DNA of 23,944 bases from assembly GCF_900199515.1 (NCBI RefSeq), contig NZ_LT963434.1, positions 1-23,944 of the forward strand, read 5' to 3'. The translations under genes were made by a program, and so were the position numbers. The stretch is from Massilicoli timonensis (lineage in GTDB: Bacteria; Bacillota_I; Bacilli_A; Erysipelotrichales; Erysipelotrichaceae). Shown here one piece after another: positions 1 to 12,236 of the stretch. Under the pieces are notes generated by a model. That model was not told where the DNA came from and ran no database searches. It worked only from the letters and a program-made list of their open reading frames with translations. Position 1 is the stretch's first letter. Each line of letters begins with the position of its first letter.

Positions 1-10
1 AGAGCTAAAT

Positions 11-1547
<1,537 letters not shown>

Positions 1548-1775
1548 AAGGAGAAAGAGTGTAAGAGGACGGATTCCTGTTTAGTTTTGGGAGGCCGAGA
1601 GGCGACCCAAGGGAACTCGATCTTTGAAAACTGAATAAACAGAAGACATACATGATCTTTCTGAAAAGAAACGGAAAAACTAAGGAACTGAGGAAAAGCA
1701 GTTAAGAGAAAAAATAGTTAAACCGTTCACTGAAGCAAGAAGAAGCGAAAGCACAACATGTGAAGAGCATGAAGT
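1548..1775 (+). other. 16S-23S internal transcribed spacer, no tRNA gene
   Basis: Purine-rich spacer of about 230 nt. I could not find a cloverleaf, T-loop (GTTCRANYC) or CCA-type tRNA signature. Confidence 0.8.
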
Positions 1776-4670
<2,895 letters not shown>

Positions 4671-4734
4671 ACAAGCAGGGAAGGCATGTAAGGAATCTGA
4701 TATTCAGTTTTGAAAGGTCGAACCTTTCAAAGGA

Positions 4735-4849
4735 TCCGGTGATGATAGCGGAGTGGACACACCTGTTCCCATCCCGAACACAGAAGTTAAGCACTTCAGC
4801 GGCGACAATAGCTGGGCTTGCCTCAGTCAAGATAGCACTTCGCCGGTCC
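4735..4849 (+). rRNA. rrf: 5S ribosomal RNA
   Basis: The core CCTGTTCCCATCCCGAACACAGAAGTTAAGC matches the conserved 5S loop. 5' CCGGTGA pairs with 3' TCGCCGG (helix I). Length about 115 nt. Confidence 0.93.
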
Positions 4850-4854
4850 TTCTT

Positions 4855-4877
4855 GCCTCTAAACGAGGCTTTTTTTT
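4855..4877 (+). terminator. Intrinsic terminator of the rrn operon
   Basis: Stem GCCTC (4855-4859) / GAGGC (4865-4869), followed by a run of 8 T (4870-4877). Confidence 0.75.
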
Positions 4878-4952
4878 ATGTTCACTATAAATGCGGCTAA
4901 GAAAGACGATCACATAAAGGGATCGAAATATTGAAAAAGCATAAGTTTTTTA

Positions 4953-4981
4953 TTGACAGAGATAAGAGAGAATGCTATTAT
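4953..4981 (+). promoter_or_regulatory. Sigma-A type promoter of the infC-rpmI-rplT operon
   Basis: -35 TTGACA (4953-4958), 17-nt spacer, -10 TATTAT (4976-4981). Confidence 0.7.
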
Positions 4982-4989
4982 ATACAAGC

Positions 4990-5113
4990 AGAAAAGATAG
5001 TGGAAAGCAGAAGCACACCTTCTCACCCGATAGCTGAAGTTATGGGTCAATGCTACGATGATGGAAAAATCAGTCAAAGCGGGTGTGTTATGCGCCCGCT
5101 TTTCATGTATCAT
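4990..5113 (+). promoter_or_regulatory. infC leader with terminator/attenuator hairpin (L20-leader type)
   Basis: A 5' UTR of about 130 nt lies between the promoter and the infC SD. Hairpin AGCGGG (5078-5083) / CCCGCT (5095-5100) is followed by TTTT, just upstream of the SD AGGAGG (5114-5119). This position and layout match the L20-responsive leader known upstream of infC in Bacillus. The fold was not checked against a covariance model. Confidence 0.55.
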
Positions 5114-5127
5114 AGGAGGTGTCTGTT

Positions 5128-5670
5128 ATTTATAATCGTAAAGTGATTCCAAACAATGTTAATGATGATTTAGTTAACGAGAAAATCCGCTTCAAAGAAG
5201 TGCTTGTGATTGATTCTGACGGTTCCCAGTTAGGGATCAAAATGCGTCGGGAAGCATTGGAAATTGCCTATAATCAAAACTTAGATCTGCTGTGCGTGGC
5301 GCCGAATGCCAAACCGCCGGTATGTAAAGTGCTTGATTATGGAAGACATCGCTTCGAACAGCAGAAGAAAGCGAAAGAAGCGAAAAAGAAACAGCATGTA
5401 ACGGAAATTAAACCGCTGCGTCTATCACCGGTCATCGATAAGCATGACTTTGATACCAAAATGCGTCATGCCCGCAAATGGATTGCCGATGGCATGAAGG
5501 TAAAGGTAGATATGCGTTTCAGAGGTCGTCTGATCACACGTTTAGAAGTCGGAAAGAAAATAATGGATAGCTTTATCGAGGAAATTTCAGATATCGCATC
5601 CGTTGAAAAGAAACCGACATTGGAAGGAAATACAATGTCGTGCGTATTAAGCGCTAAAAAGAACAAATAG
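5128..5670 (+). CDS. infC: Translation initiation factor IF-3
   Basis: Strong similarity to IF-3 (LVNEKIRFKEV..., NLDLLCVAPNAKPPVCKVLDYGRHRFEQQKK, LSPVIDKHDFDTK). The GTG at 5119 in the ORF track overlaps the SD itself. ATT at 5128 is in frame, 8 nt after AGGAGG, and AUU is the classic autoregulated infC start. Start is uncertain: 5119, 5128 or 5143. Confidence 0.92.
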   Translation: MYNRKVIPNNVNDDLVNEKIRFKEVLVIDSDGSQLGIKMRREALEIAYNQNLDLLCVAPNAKPPVCKVLDYGRHRFEQQKKAKEAKKKQHVTEIKPLRLSPVIDKHDFDTKMRHARKWIADGMKVKVDMRFRGRLITRLEVGKKIMDSFIEEISDIASVEKKPTLEGNTMSCVLSAKKNK

Positions 5671-5682
5671 GAGGTAGTGAGT

Positions 5683-5877
5683 ATGCCAAAGATGAAGAGC
5701 CACAGAGGGTTAGCAAAACGAGTTAAGAAAACCGGTACAGGAGAATTAAAAAGAGGGCGCGCTTTTACAAGCCACCGCTTTCATGGAAAAACACAGAAAC
5801 AGAAACGTCATTTGAGAAAAGCGTCATTGGTACACAAAACAGATTACAAGCGTATTAAAATGATGCTGGTGAAGTAA
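5683..5877 (+). CDS. rpmI: 50S ribosomal protein L35
   Basis: [18 protein letters not shown]... is the canonical L35 N-terminus. AGGAGG (5669-5674) lies 8 nt upstream of ATG 5683, so the GTG at 5677 in the ORF track is probably too early. Confidence 0.93.
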   Translation: MPKMKSHRGLAKRVKKTGTGELKRGRAFTSHRFHGKTQKQKRHLRKASLVHKTDYKRIKMMLVK

Positions 5878-5895
5878 GAATAGGAGGAATATAAG

Positions 5896-6255
5896 ATGGC
5901 AAGAGTAAAAGGTGGATATGTAACACGTCAAAGAAGAAAACGCACATTAAAATTAGCAAAAGGCTACTTTGGTGCGAAACATTTATTATATCGCACTGCG
6001 CATGAACAGGTCATGCATTCCATGCGTTACGCATTCAATGACCGCCGTAAATTAAAAAACAACATGCGTAAACTGTGGATCGCCCGTATCAACGCGGCTG
6101 CCCGCATGAACGATCTGTCCTATTCTAAACTGATGCATGGACTGAAACTGGCAAACATTACGATCAACCGTAAAATGTTGTCAGAGATCGCGATCCATGA
6201 TGCGAAAGGCTTTACGGCAATCTGCGATAAAGCAAAACAGGCTTTAGAAAAGTAA
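5896..6255 (+). CDS. rplT: 50S ribosomal protein L20
   Basis: [29 protein letters not shown]... is canonical L20. An AGGAGG-type SD lies upstream. Confidence 0.96.
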   Translation: MARVKGGYVTRQRRKRTLKLAKGYFGAKHLLYRTAHEQVMHSMRYAFNDRRKLKNNMRKLWIARINAAARMNDLSYSKLMHGLKLANITINRKMLSEIAIHDAKGFTAICDKAKQALEK

Positions 6256-6265
6256 GAGGAATCAT

Positions 6266-6703
6266 ATGGATGAAACGATGCAGACGCTGAATGAACTGCT
6301 TGTGGATCTGTTTAATCATATTCTGCTATTAGAAGAAAAGAATATGGCAGAAAACAATGTAGATCTTTCCATGACCGAAGTGCATATTTTGGAAGCAATC
6401 AAGAAAAGCAATTCTAATATGATGTCTGCTGTTGCGAAAAGGCTGATGGTAACGCAGGGAACCTTGACGACTTCGATCAATCGCCTAGTAAAAAAAGGCT
6501 ATGTGGAGCGATACAAGGATGAGAGCGATCGCCGAATCGTGCGATTGACCTTGACAAAACAGGCGGATGCCGTATTAGCCATTCACGATCGGTTTCATGA
6601 ACAGATGATCGACTCAATGATCGACAAGCTTCATTTAGATGAACAAAAACAATTATTGCAGTCGATTCAAAATGTGATGGAGTTTTTCCGCAAAGAATAT
6701 TAA
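6266..6703 (+). CDS. MarR-family winged-helix transcriptional regulator (FabT-like subfamily by recollection)
   Basis: 145 aa. wHTH core: LMVTQGTLTTSINRLVKKGYVERYKDESDRRIVRLTLTK. The length, N-terminal LFN.IL..EE motif and H..FH..M segment resemble streptococcal FabT as I remember it. Starts 10 nt after the rplT stop, with its own SD GAGGA. Confidence 0.85.
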   Translation: MDETMQTLNELLVDLFNHILLLEEKNMAENNVDLSMTEVHILEAIKKSNSNMMSAVAKRLMVTQGTLTTSINRLVKKGYVERYKDESDRRIVRLTLTKQADAVLAIHDRFHEQMIDSMIDKLHLDEQKQLLQSIQNVMEFFRKEY

Positions 6704-6730
6704 GAGAATCTGTCCGGATTCTCTTTTTTT
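6703..6730 (+). terminator. Intrinsic terminator ending the infC-rpmI-rplT-marR transcription unit
   Basis: Stem GAGAATC (6704-6710) / GATTCTC (6717-6723), followed by 7 T (6724-6730). Confidence 0.8.
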
Positions 6731-6788
6731 ACTTGTATTCTGTTTTATTTCGTGTATGCTAATAGTAGCAAATAGTGGAGATGATACG

Positions 6789-7226
6789 ATGAAGAAACTA
6801 TGGATCTTTGCGTTTTTACTTGTTATGATAAGCGGCTGCGCCAAATCGGAAGCAGTCGGGAAGATCGTTACGGTAAGTGCGGCGGATGTATTGACGCGCT
6901 TAGATGAAAAAGAGGATTTCGTTTTGGTGATCGGTACGACCACCTGTACGTCCTGTCAGTCATTTCATGAGACGATGACTGCTTATATCGAAGATCATGC
7001 GATTTCTCTTTTCTTGTTGCAGATCGATAATGAACCGCTTGTCGAAGCGGATAACGGCGAAGAAGTGCGCCGCGACTTTTTAATGCTTTGCGATCGGCTG
7101 ATGCCGATTGAAAGCACACCGACCGTTATTTGGATCAAAGGCGGGGAAATGGTAAACGCTCACGTTGGCGCGATGGAGCTGGATGCACTTCATCAAAGCA
7201 ATCAGGCATATGGCCTGATCGATTAG
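6789..7226 (+). CDS. Thioredoxin-fold lipoprotein with CxxC motif (bacteriocin-transport-accessory / Trx-like family)
   Basis: Signal peptide with lipobox: MKKLWIFAFLLVMISG-C. CTSC redox motif in VLVIGTTTCTSCQSF. C-terminal TPTVIWIKGGE is typical of the Trx fold. Start chosen at ATG 6789 (GTGGAG SD upstream) rather than 6756. Confidence 0.7.
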   Translation: MKKLWIFAFLLVMISGCAKSEAVGKIVTVSAADVLTRLDEKEDFVLVIGTTTCTSCQSFHETMTAYIEDHAISLFLLQIDNEPLVEADNGEEVRRDFLMLCDRLMPIESTPTVIWIKGGEMVNAHVGAMELDALHQSNQAYGLID

Positions 7227-7234
7227 GTGAGGCG

Positions 7235-8506
7235 ATGAAACGGGCATTGGTGCTTGGCGGCGGCGGTGCAAAAGGCGCTTATGAGATTGGTGTTTGGAAA
7301 GCGTTAAATGAACTTGGAGAACAGTTTGATCTTGTCTGCGGCACTTCGATCGGCGCTTTGATCGGTGCGATGTATGTGCAGCATGATTATGAGCGCTGTG
7401 CTGCGCTTTGGGAGCGGCTGCAGGCAGCGGATATCATTAAAAACGGGGTCAATATCCAATATGATTTAGAACAGTTGATGGAAGAACGCAAAGCGATCAA
7501 AGAGATGATTTTCGGATATGTGTCAAACAAGGGAGTCGATATTTCACCCTTTGAACAGATGATCGAAACATTGTTTGACGAAGAGCGCTTTTTTACATCT
7601 GATATTGATTTCGGTTGCATGTGTGTGCTCGCCAAAGATTTATCGCCTTATAAAGTGAAAAAGCAGATGATGACGCCGACATCGGCAAAAGACTATCTAT
7701 TGGCCAGTGCTTCCTGCTTTCCGATCTTCCCGATGAAAGAAATCGAAGGTAATAAATATATCGACGGCGGCTATTACGACAATGTACCGGCCGCACTGGC
7801 GCTGGAAATGGGAGCAGACAGCGTATTGGCGATCGATCTCAAACCAGCGGATAAAAAGAAAAAGCGTTTGGCATCGAAAAAGGTAACCTATCTTTCACCA
7901 AGGGAGCCGCTCGGCAGTTTCCTTGATTTTTCAAGAGAGCGTATTTACCGCAATCAAATGCTTGGCTATTTTGATACGATGAAGCTATATCGACACTACA
8001 TCGGAGAACGCTATACCTTTCCTGCTTCACAGAAGCAAAAAATAGAGGAATTTGAGGAAAAGATGGTTTGTTTCTTCAATAGTAAAAAGCAAAGCGACCA
8101 TGTGCTTGCTTTTTGGTATCATCAGTTGTTTCAGAGCAATCGAAAAAATAAAAGAAAACAAGAAGGGCAGCTTCAGATCCTAGAAAAGAGCGCTGCGCTT
8201 TATGAAGTAGATGACTTACAGGTTTATGATTTTGATACGTTTCTAAATGAAATCGAGCGTTCCTTTCACAGTTATCAGCAGCAGCATGAAGAAATGCGTG
8301 TGATGCTTCCATCTATGATCAAAGAAGCGAAGTCATTTTCTAAAAAAGAGGCGACGCTGTTGTTTTATCGCTATCTCGTACATCGCTATGAACCACAGGA
8401 AAGCAATCAAAAGCAGCTGCCGCGTTTACTGAAGGAGCCGCTTCGCTATGCGATGTGCCTGTATTATGTCATTCATCAAAGCGATCATTTCCGCTTTTCC
8501 AAATAA
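7235..8506 (+). CDS. Patatin-like phospholipase family protein with an extended C-terminal region
   Basis: Oxyanion GGGGAKG, nucleophile elbow GTSIG (GxSxG) and catalytic DGG (YIDGGYYDN) are present. ATG 7235 is preceded by AGGTGAGG. The 7130 start in the ORF track would overlap the upstream gene by about 100 nt. The last roughly 170 aa have no motif I recognise. Confidence 0.88.
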   Translation: MKRALVLGGGGAKGAYEIGVWKALNELGEQFDLVCGTSIGALIGAMYVQHDYERCAALWERLQAADIIKNGVNIQYDLEQLMEERKAIKEMIFGYVSNKGVDISPFEQMIETLFDEERFFTSDIDFGCMCVLAKDLSPYKVKKQMMTPTSAKDYLLASASCFPIFPMKEIEGNKYIDGGYYDNVPAALALEMGADSVLAIDLKPADKKKKRLASKKVTYLSPREPLGSFLDFSRERIYRNQMLGYFDTMKLYRHYIGERYTFPASQKQKIEEFEEKMVCFFNSKKQSDHVLAFWYHQLFQSNRKNKRKQEGQLQILEKSAALYEVDDLQVYDFDTFLNEIERSFHSYQQQHEEMRVMLPSMIKEAKSFSKKEATLLFYRYLVHRYEPQESNQKQLPRLLKEPLRYAMCLYYVIHQSDHFRFSK

Positions 8507-8507
8507 A

Positions 8508-8550
8508 AGGACAGTCATTGATTTTATGAATCAAGGGACTGTCCTGTTTT
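8508..8550. terminator. Bidirectional terminator hairpin between the convergent patatin and gatZ-like genes
   Basis: Outer stem AGGACAGTC (8508-8516) / GACTGTCCT (8537-8545). Inner stem TTGATT / AATCAA. A-run on the left and GTTTT on the right. Confidence 0.75.
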
Positions 8551-8551
8551 A

Positions 8552-9874
8552 TTAGAATAATTGTTCTTGCTTTGAGGCAAAGGTGTATTGCTTGATCGTA
8601 TCGACTACGCGGTCTTTGATCAATTCTTCCGGATCCTTGGTTAGTTCAAAATGACGTACTTTCTGATACTGGATCGGCATGAACTGTGAAAGCAGACAGT
8701 TCGGTATTTCTTTGGCTCTCAAATTGGCTACCAGTTTTGCAATGGCAGCTTTTACCGCCGGTGTCGGCATATAGTAGCGGCAGCGATCGGAGAAAGAATA
8801 GCGACGGGCGATATATAACTGATTTTCATCACCATGATAGTGTTTCTGCCAGTTTTTTGGCTCCTTTAACATTTCCGCTTCTAATACGTCGATGACATGA
8901 GAAGTTTCCATATCGCTTCCATGATATAATTCTTCTTCGATATGGGCCAAGGCAAACAGTCCTTCCCGCATCGCAAAGGTCAGGCCTGGTCCTACTTTTA
9001 AGATTCCGACGCCGTCTTCTACCAGTTCCCGCAGTTTTTCCTGGGTCTGATAATCGGTGGAATGTCCTTCAAATACCAGATTTGGATAGTCTTTGATCGC
9101 AGCCATCAGGTCAACGGCTTTACTGCGGTCATATTCGGTGCAGCCATCATCCTTTTCCTCAACACCCGGCTGTACGACCACGGCAATGACATCATTCCAA
9201 GTTTCTTTCAGTCCGGCATCGAAAAAGGCTTTCTCAAAGGCGGAGACCGTCGCTTTGAAATCAGCGACCTTGGTTACCTGTACGCCGGCGCTTGCTTCCT
9301 GCGCACCGCCGGGAATCGGCACTTCACTGCCGACGATGTAAACCGGTCGGATCGCATCCGGCTGTGATTGTAACAATTCCTGATAAGTGTCCTCACAAAC
9401 ACGGGCAAGCTGGGCACCGCGGCGGGCAATGATCGCATCGCTTAAACGCGTATGGGGATCATCATCGGCTACCTTCATGCTGGTATCAATATGAATTTTG
9501 GTAAAACCGGCAGCGACATAGCAGCGTACCAGTTCTTCAGCCATTGCCATCGCTTCTTTTTCCGGATAAGATGCAAAGGTAAGCGGTCCTAAATGATCGC
9601 CGCCTAAAAAGATCCGATCTACGCTCAAACCGACTTTCTTGGCGATCGCATATACGAAATTGCGGAAATCGATCGGCTTCATGCCCGTGTAGCCGCCGTT
9701 TTGATCGACCTGGTTGGCAGTCGCTTCGATCAGCGCGCAGGAATTTTCCTTTTTTGCGGTTTCTAAAACCGCCTCAATGACATATTCATTGGCGCTGCAG
9801 CAGGAATAGATCCCGACCGCTTCTCCTTTTTTTTGTTTCGCAACGATCTGCTTTAATGGATTTGCTTTGCTCAT
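8552..9874 (-). CDS. gatZ: GatZ/KbaZ-family protein (class II D-tagatose-bisphosphate aldolase non-catalytic subunit / tagatose-6-phosphate epimerase-like)
   Basis: 440 aa. Close to E. coli GatZ along its length: GIYSCCSANEYVIEA, LIEATANQVDQNGGYTGM, FLGGDHLGP, GFTKIHIDTSM. Confidence 0.88.
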   Translation of the reverse strand: MSKANPLKQIVAKQKKGEAVGIYSCCSANEYVIEAVLETAKKENSCALIEATANQVDQNGGYTGMKPIDFRNFVYAIAKKVGLSVDRIFLGGDHLGPLTFASYPEKEAMAMAEELVRCYVAAGFTKIHIDTSMKVADDDPHTRLSDAIIARRGAQLARVCEDTYQELLQSQPDAIRPVYIVGSEVPIPGGAQEASAGVQVTKVADFKATVSAFEKAFFDAGLKETWNDVIAVVVQPGVEEKDDGCTEYDRSKAVDLMAAIKDYPNLVFEGHSTDYQTQEKLRELVEDGVGILKVGPGLTFAMREGLFALAHIEEELYHGSDMETSHVIDVLEAEMLKEPKNWQKHYHGDENQLYIARRYSFSDRCRYYMPTPAVKAAIAKLVANLRAKEIPNCLLSQFMPIQYQKVRHFELTKDPEELIKDRVVDTIKQYTFASKQEQLF

Positions 9875-9898
9875 ATAAAAATCCTCCTTGTTTTACAC

Positions 9899-9927
9899 AT
9901 CATATCATTGCGAAATTAAAATGTAAA
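9899..9927 (-). promoter_or_regulatory. Promoter of the gatZ-like gene (extended -10)
   Basis: Minus strand reads TTTACA (-35), 17-nt spacer, TGATATGAT (TGn + TATGAT). Confidence 0.6.
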
Positions 9928-9984
9928 GCGTTCTCAAAAAGCCTATTATTTTTTATAAACTTGTTACACAAAAATACAAATGGA

Positions 9985-10905
9985 TCATAGGGAAAAGAAG
10001 AAAAAGGCAAATGCAAAGGCAAGCAGTGCCTGTAAGATGCGATAGAGAAAATAATGAAAATAAGACAGTTTGATATGGGGAATCATCGCCATGATCTGCA
10101 TATGTACGCAAAAACCGGCAAATCCCAGCAGCGCACTTTGTAAAGAAAGACGAAGCGAGAAAGAAAACGGAAGGGAAGCAAGCAGGATCGTACCGGAAGA
10201 AAATTCCATGAGAATGCGCGGAAAAAGCGCCAGTCTCGGCGGTAATAAAAACTGGATAAGCGGATGCAAGCTGGTAATGATCAAAACATAAGTACCGATG
10301 ATAAAGATCGCATAGCCACTGGAGCGAATGCTTTGGGTACAGGCTTCATAAAACGATGTGCTTGTCATGTGGATCGGATCGCTTACGATCACCGTGCTGC
10401 GGGTAACAAACAGCAATACGGCGATCGCACCCAGCTGGGAGAATAACAAAGGCATCACGATCGTTTCATCCTGATAAAGCAAAGGACAGGTTACACTGAT
10501 AAACCCGAAGGAGGCACAGGAAACACATAGGATCAGCCTTCTGGCCGCATCCTTAGAGAGCTGCTGCTTATAATAGGCCTCATCGATCAGCATCGCTGAA
10601 GCGGGAAATCCCAGAAATAAAGATGTTAGGACATAGGCAAACGCATTGCCGTCAATATGAAAAATGTGCCAGCTGAATGGGTGCAGCCACTTTCCCAGCA
10701 GATGAAAGATCCCCAGCGCATGCAGAAAGCGAATGAGGATCATAGCCAAAAACATAGAAGGGATCAAAGTGAGCAGCCAGATCTTCAGCGCTTCCAATGA
10801 TGTCGCATATAATTGTTGCGGATGTAAAAAGAGCCATAAAATGAGGAACGTGATCGGCAGCTGATAAAAAATGCGGTTTTTGTTGCGTAAAAGAAAAGTC
10901 ATCAT
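9985..10905 (-). CDS. Polytopic membrane protein, YlbJ-like / nucleoside-recognition (Gate) domain family
   Basis: 306 aa with about 8 hydrophobic segments. The N-terminal ...EALKIWLLTLIPSMF... resembles the YlbJ motif (A..G...W...PSLFPF). Shorter than B. subtilis YlbJ, so family assignment is tentative. Confidence 0.55.
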   Translation of the reverse strand: MMTFLLRNKNRIFYQLPITFLILWLFLHPQQLYATSLEALKIWLLTLIPSMFLAMILIRFLHALGIFHLLGKWLHPFSWHIFHIDGNAFAYVLTSLFLGFPASAMLIDEAYYKQQLSKDAARRLILCVSCASFGFISVTCPLLYQDETIVMPLLFSQLGAIAVLLFVTRSTVIVSDPIHMTSTSFYEACTQSIRSSGYAIFIIGTYVLIITSLHPLIQFLLPPRLALFPRILMEFSSGTILLASLPFSFSLRLSLQSALLGFAGFCVHMQIMAMIPHIKLSYFHYFLYRILQALLAFAFAFFFFSL

Positions 10906-11037
10906 ATCACCTGCTTAAAGCGTATGAAACAACATGTGCAAATAGAATAAATGAAAGGTTTGCTCTTTTCCTGATTCTAAAAATGTGATACACTACCATA
11001 CATATAAAAAGGATGAAATAAAGACAAGGTGATGAAA

Positions 11038-12219
11038 ATGGTAGCGTTTTTGATTCGCAAATTCATAAAAAATCATGAAAATATAAAAGATCCGAAAGTG
11101 CGGGAAGCGTATGGCAGAGTGACTTCGCTGATCGGTATCTTGATCAATATCGTATTGTTTTTATTCAAGCTGCTCTGCGGTGTGATCAGCGGCAGCATCG
11201 CCATCATTGCGGATGCGATCAATAACTTGACGGATGCAGGCAGTTCTATCATTTCTTTGATCAGCTTTAAGTTAGCGGGCATGCCGGCAGATGAAGAACA
11301 CCCTTTCGGTCATGAACGGGTGGAGTATGTGGCTTCCATGATCGTGGCGTTTTTGATCTTGTTTTTAGGGCTGCAGCTGATCACATCTTCCGTTGAAAAA
11401 ATATTTGATCCGGACCCGGTGTCGTTTTCCTTGGTCAGCGTTATCGTGCTTGGCGGGGCGATGCTTGCGAAATTTTACATGTATCGCTATAACCGCAAAT
11501 ATGGGCAGCTGCTAGATTCCAGCATGATGAAAGCGACGGCGGCAGATTCACTTTCCGATGTGTGGGCGACCGGCAGCGTGCTGGCTTCTACGCTTTTGTC
11601 ATCGCTTCTGCGGTTTCAATTAGACGGTTACATGGGGGTGATCGTGGCGGTACTGATCATCATGACCGGCATCAACCTCATTAAGGATACATTGGATCAG
11701 CTGTTGGGAATGGCGCCAAGCGATGAACTGGTAAAGATGATTGCGGACAAGCTGCACACTTATGAGGGCGTGCTGGGCTTTCATGATCTGATTGTGCATA
11801 ATTATGGGCCTTCCCGTCAGTTCGCATCGGTGCATGTGGAAGTAGACAGCAAGATCGATGTCATGGTTTCACATGATCTGATCGACAACATCGAACGCGA
11901 TTTTATGAATGATTGCAATCTGTCGCTGGTCATTCATTTAGATCCGTTAGTGATGGATGAGCAGACGATCATGATGAAAGAAGAAGTGCGGGAAATGGTA
12001 AAGGGCATTGATCCGTCATTGTCGATCCATGATTTTCGCATGGTACCGGGAACGACGCATACGAACCTGATCTTTGATGTGGTCGTGCCGCATAAATTTG
12101 CGATGACCTCTGCACAGCTGTTAAAGGAAATGGAAACGCGCATCCATGTCAAGCACCCGGATTTTTATCTGGTCGTTACGTTCGATCATGCTTTTATTTC
12201 CGAAAGAAAACCGGTTTGA
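11038..12219 (+). CDS. Cation diffusion facilitator (CDF) family metal efflux transporter
   Basis: Six TM segments plus a cytoplasmic C-terminal domain. CDF metal-site motifs IADAINNLTD and DSLSDVW are present. Start is ambiguous (GTG 11029 / ATG 11032 / ATG 11038); AAGGTGA SD favours 11038. Confidence 0.88.
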   Translation: MVAFLIRKFIKNHENIKDPKVREAYGRVTSLIGILINIVLFLFKLLCGVISGSIAIIADAINNLTDAGSSIISLISFKLAGMPADEEHPFGHERVEYVASMIVAFLILFLGLQLITSSVEKIFDPDPVSFSLVSVIVLGGAMLAKFYMYRYNRKYGQLLDSSMMKATAADSLSDVWATGSVLASTLLSSLLRFQLDGYMGVIVAVLIIMTGINLIKDTLDQLLGMAPSDELVKMIADKLHTYEGVLGFHDLIVHNYGPSRQFASVHVEVDSKIDVMVSHDLIDNIERDFMNDCNLSLVIHLDPLVMDEQTIMMKEEVREMVKGIDPSLSIHDFRMVPGTTHTNLIFDVVVPHKFAMTSAQLLKEMETRIHVKHPDFYLVVTFDHAFISERKPV

Positions 12220-12236
12220 GATCAAACCGGTTTTTT
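12207..12236. terminator. Shared palindromic terminator covering both stop codons of the convergent CDF and pgeF genes
   Basis: AAAACCGGTTTGA (12207-12219) / TCAAACCGGTTTT (12222-12234), with a T-run to 12236 and an A-run on the left. Confidence 0.7.

Noticed and set aside
1548-1775. Search for tRNA-Ile/tRNA-Ala in the 16S-23S spacer and for tRNAs after the 5S gene.
   Set aside because: No cloverleaf-compatible sequence was seen. The spacer is short and purine-rich, and the 5S gene is followed directly by a terminator.
4931-5146. 71-aa ORF upstream of and overlapping infC, plus a 67-aa minus-strand ORF at 4910-5113.
   Set aside because: They fall in the promoter and leader RNA of the infC operon and have no SD. 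The regulatory-RNA interpretation fits better.
7130-7234. ORF-track start of the patatin gene at 7130, which would overlap the lipoprotein gene by about 100 nt.
   Set aside because: The extension is Arg/Gly-rich junk with no SD. ATG 7235 has a strong SD and begins exactly at the conserved patatin N-terminus (MKRALVLGGGGAKG).
7235-8506. Patatin gene as a CBASS CapV-type or other defence effector.
   Set aside because: No CD-NTase/cyclase, SAVED/STING, Cap2/Cap3 or other sensor gene is adjacent. The neighbours are housekeeping genes, and the protein has an RssA/YlbK-like N-terminus.
9922-9936. cre-like (CcpA) site TGTAAAGCGTTCTCA overlapping the -35 of the gatZ-like promoter.
   Set aside because: It matches the cre consensus TGWNANCGNTNWCA only if one base is deleted. 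The half-site spacing is off by 1 nt, so I do not call it a cre.
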